Below, one piece after another: positions 1 to 10,430 of a DNA stretch of 64,000 nucleotides. The translations under genes were made by a program, and so were the position numbers. The notes below the pieces were generated by a model. The model saw only the letters and a program-made list of their open reading frames with translations, was not told the DNA's origin and did not search any database. Numbering within the stretch: the stretch's first letter is position 1; each line of letters starts with the position of its first letter. This DNA is from Lama glama (lineage: Eukaryota), in NCBI GenBank assembly GCA_028534125.1, contig CM052817.1:72232001-72296000 (forward strand), in the 5' to 3' direction.

Positions 1-339
1 AATACTATTTATATAAATGTTATAAACATGCAAAGGTGACACTATTTTTAGGAATCATGCAGCCCTAATAAAAAATAAAGAAATTTCTGATGATAAATAT
101 TTAATTTAGGACAGTGATGATCTTAGGAGTACACTGAGTAGTTGATATATGGTGAACTAGTTAACTTTTCATGTTTTTCATAGATCTGAAACATTTGCCA
201 ATGTCTTTGGTGAAAACCCAAGTTGGATTTTAATCTGATTTTAATCAAGACATTACTGTAATCAGTGTTAATGCATGATTTTGACTCTCAGAAAATTCTC
301 CATGCGTTGCCTTGTGGCATTTCAATTGTACGTATTTTA

Positions 340-1040
340 GTTATTTGGCCACCTGCTGCTTTGATGCTTGATGTAGTATCTTCAAATTATGGCACTGAAA
401 GATGACAGGAGCAAAGAAACCAGTTTTCATAAGCAGCATCTTAGAAGCTGAACCACATTTTAGATCCTGAAAGATGAGAAATAGCTTCAGCTGTGGGAAA
501 ACTGGAATGTAGAAAAACATTTAAGCCAGTGTCTGGTTACAAGAATTTTTTATCTTAACTACTGCTCATTTTTAAGGGATGCCATTTTAGGGAGTGCGAA
601 GAGCAGAATGAATTCCTTTATTCTCTCAGCTTCTAACACTACAATCTGTACCATCTGTATTAAATGACTCTATTTGCCCAGTGGAGCAGTAGAGTTTGTT
701 ATATTAGCCTTTGTGAGATAAATGACTTGTTAGAATGCTCCAGTTTAACCAATGTGAAATTCCCAATCTCTTGCCAATCCTTAGACCTGGTTTGAGTGTT
801 GACAGAATGTTCACTAAAATCACTGCAGAGACTGACACATAACACCCAATCAGTGGTTCTCTTCTCCTCTCAATTTTTCTTTCTTCTGCAGTACATTCTT
901 TCACCTTTTGGATATTGTTGAACAAATGCCTTCTTTTCTTTTCTTTTTCTCAATAATATTAAAAAAGTGATGGAGGTATTTACTGAAGACTTTTTCATTG
1001 TGATTTCTGCTGAGGCATTTGGTTTACTTCATTACTCATA
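340..1040 (-). pseudogene. Candidate decayed large terminal exon E of the same gene
   Basis: Acceptor cccttgtgtctgtAG| at 1040. Non-repeat, purine-rich minus strand with a partial ORF at 704-925 and multiple stops. The 3' boundary is undefined. Confidence 0.25.
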
Positions 1041-2284
1041 CTACAGACACAAGGGAATATGATTGTAAATAATAAGAGAGTATTCACCAGAGCAATGTCA
1101 TAAGAAGGTAAATTTAAAAATTATGGCTACCTATGCAAAATACGTGTATGTTGCTTATACAGAAGCTAGAATATATAGAAAATGAAATACACACCTTATC
1201 TCACCATCCAAATAGAACCACCGATAATTCCAATGTTATTTCCTTCTGGGATTCTTAAATTTGCAAACAGACACAGAGACAAGTAGATAAATACCTAGAT
1301 ATCAATATAATTTCTATCTATCAATGTATCCATATCTACGTATTTCACATTTGTTTTATAATTTTCTTTTTCTACTTAATACATCGAACACTCTGAGAAA
1401 AACTTTGACCAACTTATTCAATTTATTATTGAAACAATGTAGAATGGTCTTGCTGTTGGGTCTATAAATGTAGACATAAACTGCTTCAAGAATGAACATA
1501 GTGTAGAATTTAAAATTTTTATGTAAGATTAAAAATAAAACGTATTAACACCTACCTCTAATTTTACTTTTAGTCTTAAGAATTAGAATATAAAATTGTA
1601 AACTAATGAAGAATATTTCTAATTCTCTTGAAATAGGAAGATAAACTTATTTTTAAAGAATATTATAACTGTTTTGAAATTTTAAGTTGTATATCAATTT
1701 TAAAGTAAAAATTTTATGTTTTAACTTTGAAATGTCTTTATTGTTATAATTTGATCCATAAGTATTTGCTGGTATTGGTGGTAACATAACTTTTGATTTA
1801 GTCTTTATTTGTGATTTTTTTTCTATGACTTATTTGTATATTAGTTTAGGTGCTTTTAGGCATGCTTGCAATATTTTGGAAAAAAAATTTTATTAGCCAT
1901 GTAAACCCTGTTCTAAATTTCTTGACATTTTTATTATTCAAGATAGGATTGATGAAGCTTTTTACCACATTTAAGAGTTCATATACATAGTAATGCTGCA
2001 ATGATTTAAGTTAGAAATACTGCATATTTTCAGGACCCTGACTCTAAAATTGTATGTAGAAAATAAGCAAAATGATATTATAAGCCTATTTCCCTGAATA
2101 TGTGCTGCCACGATGAATTGTCAGGAGGAATCTAATCTCACTTTAAGAGCTGTAGTCAATACTCAAGTAAAAGCTTAGTGGGATTTGAAGAATTTCATAG
2201 TCAAGTTTCCAACATTTCCTTTAACAAAATAAGGATATTGATAAATCAGTTGCAGAACAAAGAAATCCAGCAAGATAGACATAC

Positions 2285-2485
2285 AGTATGATTTCCTTTG
2301 GAGATTACTGAAAAACAATTTTTTCTTCTTTTTCTTCTCTTCACTTTCTTGAAAATTTTTGGAGTAGCAAAATTTTCTTCTTTAATTTTGTAATTTTGAA
2401 GTATGCTATTTTCAAGTGCATTTGGTAGCATATGTTACTGCATACTATTTTCATGCATATAAAGTTAGGGATTTATAGATTACAA
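2285..2485 (-). pseudogene. Candidate decayed exon D of the same gene
   Basis: Possible acceptor tttttcacctttttcaaaAG at 2486-2487 and donor act|GTATGT after 2285. Purine-rich, with an open K/R-rich frame (MLPNALENSILQNYKIKEENFATPKIFKKVKRRKRRKNCFSVISKGNHT). Stops occur near its 5' end. Confidence 0.3.
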
Positions 2486-3093
2486 CTTTTGAAAAAGGTG
2501 AAAAATAGAGATTCTAGTAGAGCAAGCCACCTCTTAAAACTGAGCTGTTTAATCATCTGATTCATAAGCTTTATGAAAAATATATTTTTTTTTAGTTTGG
2601 AAGAGAGATGGTGACCCCCAGTTAAATAGTTTTTGGTGAATCACAATCAGTAATAGAAGTCTGAAACACAATCAACAACACAATACCATGCTAAATTAAA
2701 AACCCTAATCTAATGATATTTTATACTTCTTTTACAGTATAGCAATTTAACCATTTGGGTCATTAAATAATGATAGAACAAAGCAGACCAAAACTCAGAG
2801 TCTTGTGGCTGGCGATAACAGATATATTAGTTGCCTGAGAAACAAAGGTTGTTATGTCAGTCCCCAGGCAATTAGCAATTCTTCAGGAAAAATAAAATTG
2901 CTAGAGCCCTCAACTTTATGTTTGAATTTATTTATGTTCAAACACCCATATCTAATTTATATCTGAGGCATGCTATGTTTGCCTTGATAACAGCATCGAA
3001 AAGATCCTCTTCCCCATCGTTAGAGTCAAAGTATAATCCACATTGTCTTTGACCTTCCGTAGTAAGAGCTTTAAATCTTGTTTTTCTACTTAC

Positions 3094-3241
3094 CATGTCT
3101 GTCTGTGGTGATACATACTTTCCAACCATTTCCAAGAGTGTGTGCTTTGACCAAGAGCCTATGAATGTGATTTCCTTTTCCAGTGTACTCACATAAGGGC
3201 ACAGTGGACCCAAATGTCCTTATAATTAACATCTATACATG
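3094..3241 (-). pseudogene. Candidate decayed ankyrin-repeat gene, exon C
   Basis: Acceptor ttttttgtatttgtgtAG|c at 3241 and strong donor atg|GTAAGT after 3094. The phase-1 join to exon B reads (T)CIDVNYKDIWVHCALM*, matching ankyrin DVN.KD..G.TAL. After a frameshift it reads EYTGKGNHIHRLLVKAHTLGNGWKVCITTDRH. Confidence 0.6.
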
Positions 3242-3261
3242 CTACACAAATACAAAAAACA

Positions 3262-3975
3262 AAAACACAGCCTGCAGGTCCTAGAGAGTGAATGAAAACA
3301 GGCAGCTTCTCTAGGGTAGTTGAAACTTGGAAGAAGGGAGCAGCATGGGCTGAGTTTCCCATATATTTTCAGTTTTTGGCTTGAGGGTAGGCTGAGATCG
3401 GCACCAGCTAGGGTGACTAAAACTCCAAAGAAACCTCATGATCTTTGTGAACTGAAGAATAAGAAGACAATGTTTGGAGCAAAAGAGTCACTGGAAAGTT
3501 AGAGTAGAATCCTGGAAAGGAGAGAAAAGGCCCCATATTCTGCATATAAACTGTCCCTAACTCTCTGGCTGACTTCTGAACTACTGTGCACAGGACAGAT
3601 TCCAAGGAACCCAGCTACAGTTTGAACTGAAATGAGATTGGAGCTACTGCCTGAGATGGAGTTTGCAGCTGGAGTCCAACCAAATACATTGCTTGCTGAG
3701 ACAAACACAGCAATACTTCTTGGAGGACTATAATAAAATCCATGAATGTGCAACATAACATTCACAGTGTGTGAGGCACAATCCCAAATTACTCTATCTT
3801 TGAGGACACAGGAAAATGTGACCAAGTATCAAAAAAAAAAATAAAATAAAATAAAAGACCAAGAACACTGCAATGACTGAATTTTAATAATAGGATTTGG
3901 CTGATGAGTAAATGGGTATTTGCCTTCATTCACTTTTGCTATATTTGTAAATTTCTATATAAAAATAAGAAAAAA
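3262..3975 (+). mobile_element. Old L1M-type fragments
   Basis: Resembles degenerate L1M 5'/inter-ORF sequence (cctagagagtgaatgaaaacaggcag...caatcccaaattactc...caggaaaatgtgacca) and an L1ME-like A-rich end. Confidence 0.45.
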
Positions 3976-4510
3976 GTCAATGATGAGAAGACCCTGTTCT
4001 CCACACTACCCTCCCATCTCAACTTCTCCACAACTCAAACCTTCAATTTCTTAACAAAGTCAAATTTAAAGGTCTTACTGGCTGTCACACTTCTTAATCT
4101 TCAGCACTTCATATATTGTTTAGCACACAGTCAGCACCCAGAAAATATTTTTTTTACTTACATCAAAAAATAAGTAATAAATTTGATGTCTTTTGCACTT
4201 TCCTGTAGAACACCATATAGTTATTTCAAACAGTATCTTTTGAATAAAGGTGGGTCAGTGATTTTTTTACTTCCATGAATGATTTGCAGACATGACCAGT
4301 GGTACCAAATAATTGTGGCCAGATCTTCCTTGCAAATGACTCTTTCCTTTCTAGCAAAAACACCACCTCGAAAGCCTTTAAAAGCAAAGACCTAGATGAC
4401 CTAAGTTCCCTTTACCCTCTCCACGCACTGCCACACAAGCTAAAAGGGTAAATGTGATGCGCATCTAAGCGTATGATGTTAAATTCACTTTACCTTGGAG
4501 GCACAAACTT

Positions 4511-5057
4511 TGTTATAGTTAATTTAGGTGTCACTTGACTGAGCCCTGGGGTGCCCAGGTAATTGGTCCAACATTATTTTGGGTGTGTCTGCAAAGGTGT
4601 TTCTGGATGAGATTAACATTAAAATTAGTAGACTGAGTAAAGTGGACCGCCCTTCTCCATGTGGGTGGGGTTCAATCTGTTGAAAGCTTAAATAGAACGA
4701 AAAGGCTGAGGAAGAGTGAATTCACCCTCTCTGCCTGTCCTTGAGTTAGGACGTCAGTCTTCTCTTGCCTTTAAACTTGGACTTGGACTGGCACTTACAC
4801 CATTCGCTTCTGGTTCTCAGGCTTTCGCACTCAAACTGGAGCTATACCATCAGCTCTGGCTCGCCGACTGCAGGTCTCGGGATTTCTCAGCTTCCATAAC
4901 TGCATGAGTCAGTTCCTTACAGTAAACCCCAATGTGTATGTACATACATGTGTGTCTGCATACACGTGTGTGTGTATGTATCTCTACCTACATCTCTGTC
5001 TATATCCATCTCTGTCTCCTATTGGTTCTGTCTCTTGGGAGGATCCAGACTAATACA
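4511..5057 (+). mobile_element. MLT2-family (ERVL) solo LTR
   Basis: Starts TGttatagttaattt..tgtcacttgactg, contains gtgtttctggatgagattaacatt and an internal TG/CA simple repeat, and ends cctattggttctgtctcttggga..gactaataCA, all characteristic of MLT2. Confidence 0.88.
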
Positions 5058-5459
5058 AGTTTGAGCTTGTGTCAAGGGAAGTGCAACCCAGATTGGTAAG
5101 ATCGATAAGCTGTCACCTCAGAAATTTGTTTTCACAAAACAGTTTCAGCCTACTGGAGATTTGAATATTCAGCTAGATATCACAAATGATTATTCTCTCA
5201 TGTTTGAAAACCTCATTTATTTGTTTCTGTGCCAACAAGAGCTCGTGAAACCTAATTTTCTAATGTCATCTTCATTTTCTTTGCAGAGGAGACACCTGGT
5301 GTAAATGAATTTTAGGTAAATAAGGACATGCTTTAGTCTTGAAACAGGTGTGGCAAGATTTCTTATATTTACATCCTTGTGATAAAATAAGATAAAGATT
5401 TTACCTAAGATAAAAACTCTTTCTTTGAATTTTTAAGCCTCTTTATATTATTAACTTAC

Positions 5460-5617
5460 TGTGAATGTTTAAAATTTCCAATATGAATCTTCTAAAGTCA
5501 TCATAACATTTTGAGGCTCCAGTGATCGTTTCAGAAGAATTCACCCAGTTAGTTAGTGATCCTTTTTATTTAGGCATCAATACATGCCTTTTTTTTTCCA
5601 CTTGTACAAAATTTGAC
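5460..5617 (-). pseudogene. Candidate decayed ankyrin-repeat gene, exon B
   Basis: A pyrimidine tract precedes ...gataAG|gtc at 5617, and the donor aca|GTAAGT after 5460 is strong. The phase-0 join to exon A reads VKFCTSGKKKACIDA*. After a frameshift it reads KGSLTNWVNSSETITGASKCYDDFRRFILEILNIH. Confidence 0.55.
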
Positions 5618-6140
5618 CTTATCATATGTATAAAGAAAAAAAAGGTAGCATCCACTAAGAGTAACACATTTTTCCATGTGTTCAAGAATCTTCACTTACA
5701 TATCACTTTTGTGACAAAGATTCAACTCACCCTTAAGATGAAGAAATAAGAAAACATTTGAAGTTGCCTAACAGCTGTCAGCTCTTCTTATTTGTGAGGT
5801 AACAAAGTGGAAAGTTCTATATCCCAGTTTGCTAGAGAAATGAAGATAATTGTAGGATGTAAGGAATGTGTGAAAAGTACCTTTCCTTCGTTTCCTATAA
5901 TTTTTATCTTGGGAATATTTGCACCTAAAAAATAAAAAAATAAAATTTTATATGTTCTCATGTATGTGAGAAAAAAAACTCACCTCATCTCTAATAATAA
6001 TTTTAGCATTTAGCACTTACAGTTGATTGCTGTAACAGTTCAGCTGAGGTTGATAACACAAACATAAAAATATATCCTCAGAGAAATGGTAAATAACAGT
6101 AAATGACATCAAATTCATTCCAAAAATCAGAACCTAATCA

Positions 6141-6163
6141 TATTATTATTATTATTATTATTA
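6141..6163. repeat. (TAT)n microsatellite
   Basis: tattattattattattattatta seen directly. Confidence 0.9.
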
Positions 6164-6740
6164 AATTTTGTTTTTTCTTATTCCAAAAACATTTTGGATA
6201 AGGGAGAGAAGCTTTAAAAAAACTGCACCCTGTGACTAATAATAAAATTTAAATAGATGTAGTTATATTCTTAATTAATTAATTCAATGACTAATACTTC
6301 CATGGAAATTAGATGAGTGTGATCTTTGTCATCAGACTTTCAACAAAGCAAATTCATTAGTAATTAAACCATGACATCAAATTAATTTTAAATATCCTAT
6401 ATCCTGCCTAAGAAAGCTACTTCACCAGTAATAATTTAAATAAAATCCTTCTGTTTGTGATAATTGCTTTCAGCAATATGGTAACCTTGACTTATCCAAT
6501 TTTGCAGTGGACAGTTTTCTTTGGCTAATAATTAGTGACTGGTTAAAATTTTATTTCCATCCAACAGAACATTTTTCTTTAGGTGGCCCAAATATTACTG
6601 TTTGGGTCTAATTATGAGTTAGGCTTTGTAGCTTCCATAAGCAGAATTCTCTAGTCAAGTATATAGCCTCAAAAGATGTTTTAAAATTTTACAAAATAGC
6701 ATTTTAAATTTCACTTTAATATTCACATTATTTGTATTAC

Positions 6741-6930
6741 CAATCTGAAGGCAGAACAGGGTATTATTTGAGAGTCTGTACCGTTAACTCCACCATGAGC
6801 ACCATATGAATAAACTAAAATTTCAGTATGTAATGCATTAATTTCTTTTTTATAATCTCCAGCAGAATTATAGCAGAAGGATAAGCTTTAAACATCTAAG
6901 AATAAGTTACGAGATATCCAGCAAATCTAC
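6741..6930 (-). pseudogene. Candidate decayed ankyrin-repeat gene, exon A (putative first coding exon)
   Basis: Minus strand: acceptor ttaagttcAG|g at 6930 and donor ttg|GTAATA after 6741. ATG at 6895 gives MFKAYPSAIILLEIIKKKLMHYILKF*. One frameshift in a T-run continues as LVYSYGAHGGVNGTDSQIIPCSAFRL, with an ankyrin-like G..VN.TD motif. Confidence 0.5.
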
Positions 6931-7959
6931 CTGAACTTAAAAAACATATGTATTTTTTCTCAAACCTTCATGTATACCTAAAATATATGCAATTACATAA
7001 CATGTAATACACAAAATAATTTAATTATAAAATATTTTTAAAGTTTTGCAAATACTTATCTTAACTAGATATATAACATGCTAAAGGTATTTCTGAAAAG
7101 CAGTGAAGAATTGAGAAGTATTTAAATGATCAGTTTTAGAGAGAAATTGTAAATGCAAGTTTCTTTCTGTATTGCCTAAGCAGCAGAATAAACCTACCTA
7201 GAGGTTCAATATTGTTTTGCTTAGATGAACTCCATCATTTCTATATAGATTGAAACGTAGAGCATCAAAATTTTTGGAAATGGAAAGACATACTAGCTAA
7301 AAGATCTGACATTTCAGTTCAACCAAATGCTGTTAGGTCAACAAATGCTTTTAGGACTTTTCAGACAGTATTGGTTTTCCCTAGCGTGCTTACAGCACGT
7401 GAGTTTGCTGTGGTGCTGGATCCTGAGTAGATAGGAGGGCCAGCTAACGTAAGCTGTATTTCCCACAACATCACCCTAAGAATTAGTGTTATTTGGCATA
7501 GAGGCTGTTGATATAATTTATAAGATGATGTGTTCTACTCTGATTTAGGTAACTTTCTAGTTTTAAGTAAGTCTTTCATTTTCAAGTCACAGTTTTTTTA
7601 TTGATGAATGGAGATGACAGTGATTCCTCACTCTCAAAATTACGACAATGAACATGGTATGTGTGAATGTTCTTGGTAAGTGGTGTTATTGTAAATACCT
7701 TGACAACTATAGAATTATCAGGAGAAGAATTTATAGAGACAGTATTCATTTTTCCCTCCAATTTGCTAACATTGCCACTGCCTCATTATAAACATTTATA
7801 ATGTTTTTAGAAGAATAAGATGTCATAATTAAGTAATGGTAACTGCTTAATGGGAACTACTATACAGGAAATTTTTGACAGGGTGACAAAATGAATGTGA
7901 ATTCAGACCTCCCCACAGCCAACCAAGATTCCTGAGGGGCTCAAGGGTCATGGGGCATC

Positions 7960-8612
7960 CGTGCTGTCCAGGCTTCCGGGTCCATCTCCTACTGCTCTCC
8001 TACAAGTGCTCTGTGCGCGTGGTCCACAAATGAGCTATGTTCTTTCTTGCCTCCTACCTTTACACATATTGTTTGCTCTGCCTACAACAGCCGATTTTCC
8101 CTCATGCTCCTAGTGAACCTCTACTCATCCCTCGAGACTCAGTTCAGATTGACTTCATCCAGCAAGTCCTTCCTGACTTTCCCAGGTAGTTAAGCACTTC
8201 CTTTCTGTGTCTATTGTAAGTCTGTCATAGCTAGTCCTTATCACGTAGTCGGAGTTGTAACTTTGCATTTTAGCGTTTTACACTGAATCGTGAGGCTCCA
8301 GATAGCCGGGCTAGCCTAGAGGTTAAGAGCAAGGAGTCTGGCATCACAATGCGTAAGTTAAAATCCTAGAGCTCTATGCTTACTACCCATATGAAAAGGG
8401 AAAGTAAAGGAACCATTCATCTGTAAGCTGGGGCTAATGATAATAACTGGGCTATTTAATGAATTAAATGAATAAAACTCTTAGAACAATATCTGGCACA
8501 CATTCTGAACTCAACTTATGTTTGATATTATAATTATTCCCTTCTTTTTAACCTACAAACAAACATTATGCCTAAGACGTAGGTTTCTAATAATAATTTG
8601 AATGAATAAATG
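7960..8612 (+). mobile_element. L2 3' fragment interrupted by a MIR (MIR ~8305-8540)
   Basis: L2-like ctactcatccctcgagactcagttcag..aagtccttcctgact and terminal tgaatgaataaatga. The internal MIR has ggttaagagc..agtctgg..catctgtaagctgggg..gaattaaatga. Confidence 0.6.
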
Positions 8613-8704
8613 ATTGTAGTGTTCACTTAAAAAGTCCACAGGTAACTCTGAAAATAAGTTGTCATTGTCATATTTATAAAAATGGTAAAATCTTTATTAA
8701 AGTC

Positions 8705-9382
8705 CTTGGAAAACAGTATGGAGATTCCTCAAAAGACTAAAAATAGACTTAACATATGATCCAGCAATCCCACTCCTGGGCATATATCCAGAGGGATCCT
8801 TAATTAAAAAAGACACCTGCACCCTACTGTTAATAGCAGCACTATTTACAATAGCCAAGACATGGAAACAATCTAAATGTCCATCAACATGACTGGATAA
8901 AGAAGTTGTGGTATATTTATACAATGGAATACAACTCAGCCATAAAAAAATAATAAAATAATGCCATTTGCAGCAACATGGATGGCCATGGAGAATGTCA
9001 TTCTAAGTGAAGTAAGACAGAAAGAGAAAGAAAAATACCATATGATATCACTTATATATGGAATCCAAAAAAAAAAAAGATAAACGAACTTATATATAAA
9101 ACAAACAGATTCACAAACATAGAGTACAGACTTGGTTGCCAGGGGACAGAGAGGTGGGAAGGGATAAACTGGGAGTTTGAGACTTGCAGATACTGACTGT
9201 TATATATAAAATAGATAAACAAATTTATACTGTATAGCACAGGGAACTATATTTGATATTATAGTAGCTTACGGTGAAAAGAATATGAAAATAAATATAT
9301 GTATATTCATGCATGACTGAAGCATTGTGCTGTAAACCAGAAATTGACACAACATTGTAAATTTACCATACTTCAGTAAAAA
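8705..9382 (+). mobile_element. 5'-truncated LINE-1 (end of ORF2 plus 3' UTR) with target-site duplication
   Basis: Encodes WKTVWRFLKRLKIDLTYDPAIPLLGIYP (L1 ORF2p C-terminus), a cetartiodactyl-type 3' UTR (tgtatagcacagggaactatat) and an A-tail. TSD aaaat(c/g)tttattaaagtc at 8687-8704 and 9383-9400. Confidence 0.96.
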
Positions 9383-9729
9383 AAAATGTTTATTAAAGTC
9401 TAAAATTACTAAATGTGTGCAAAACAGTTTCTTTTTGTGAAAAACAGGGGGCCATATTAAGTAAGGATAAATAAATTCTGTTTAAACTCATAAATTCTTT
9501 GATTTGGGCAGCAAACAAGAAAACAAAGTGGAATAGAAAATAAAATTTATTTAGTCTTCCAGAAGGTTTAAAGATGCACACCAAAACCATAAAAAACAAA
9601 CAAACAAAAATAATTGAGTTACGAATGTCCTTGTCATTCAGGTTAATATTTGGTCATGGAGACAAATAGTTTCCTCAAATGTATTTATTAGCTTAATGCA
9701 CTTCCTCCCCCTCCAAATCTTGAGTATTT

Positions 9730-10170
9730 TTCTAACACATTCCAAGACATTCATGAAGTTTATATGGAAAAATAAACAGATCAGTTATAGGCAAAAATAT
9801 CTGAAAACATATGGGTAACATCTTGTTAGATTGTATTATACAACTAAAATAGTATAGCCAAAGCATATAAAATCACTAATATTCATAAATCAGCATTTCC
9901 ATGTACCAGGAAAACATGGATTATTAAATAAATGATCCTAGATTACTTGGTTAATTACATAGAAAAGTAACATTGCCTCATACCATATCCTAAAATAAAT
10001 TGCAGGTAGGTAAAGAAATGAAATGTAGAGGAAGAAATAAGAGAACTAGAAGAAAAATAGAGTTGACTATAATATGATATTAGGGTGAAGAAGATCTTTC
10101 TAGGCATGGTGAAAAGAAGATAATTTGTAAAACTGATTAAAACATAGAAATTAAAAACACCTGCCATGGT
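9730..10170 (+). mobile_element. Old L1M ORF2-region fragments
   Basis: A-rich degenerate L1 motifs (cctcataccatatcctaaaataaattgcaggtagg, gatctttctaggcatg). Confidence 0.5.
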
Positions 10171-10184
10171 AACATACCCAGTGG

Positions 10185-10430
10185 TCAAGAACACTCACTG
10201 ACTTTGAAAAAACCACATCGGATTTACAAAAACAGCTCTGCCATGTATTAGGTTTGACTTCGGGCAAGGTACTTAACTTTTACAGGCCTCAATTTTCTGA
10301 TCTGTAAAATGGTCACACAATAACGCATACAATAATAATGACAGTTATTATTATTATGACTATTAGACAGTAAGTACCACATAGGGGCTTTTCAGGAAAT
10401 AAGTAAAATAATATTCATCAAGTACTTAGC
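10185..10430 (+). mobile_element. MIR SINE
   Basis: MIR core cagctctgcca..gggcaaggtacttaac..cctcaattttctgatctgtaaaatgg. Confidence 0.75.

Noticed and set aside
2938..3213. 91-aa ORF taken as an intact gene
   Set aside because: It starts at TTG, reads through a strong GTAAGT donor, and is in a different frame from the ankyrin-like motifs in the same DNA.
5287..5315. Plus-strand 29-nt micro-exon (ttgcAG..tag|GTAAAT)
   Set aside because: Isolated, not a multiple of three and with a weak donor, so it is expected by chance.
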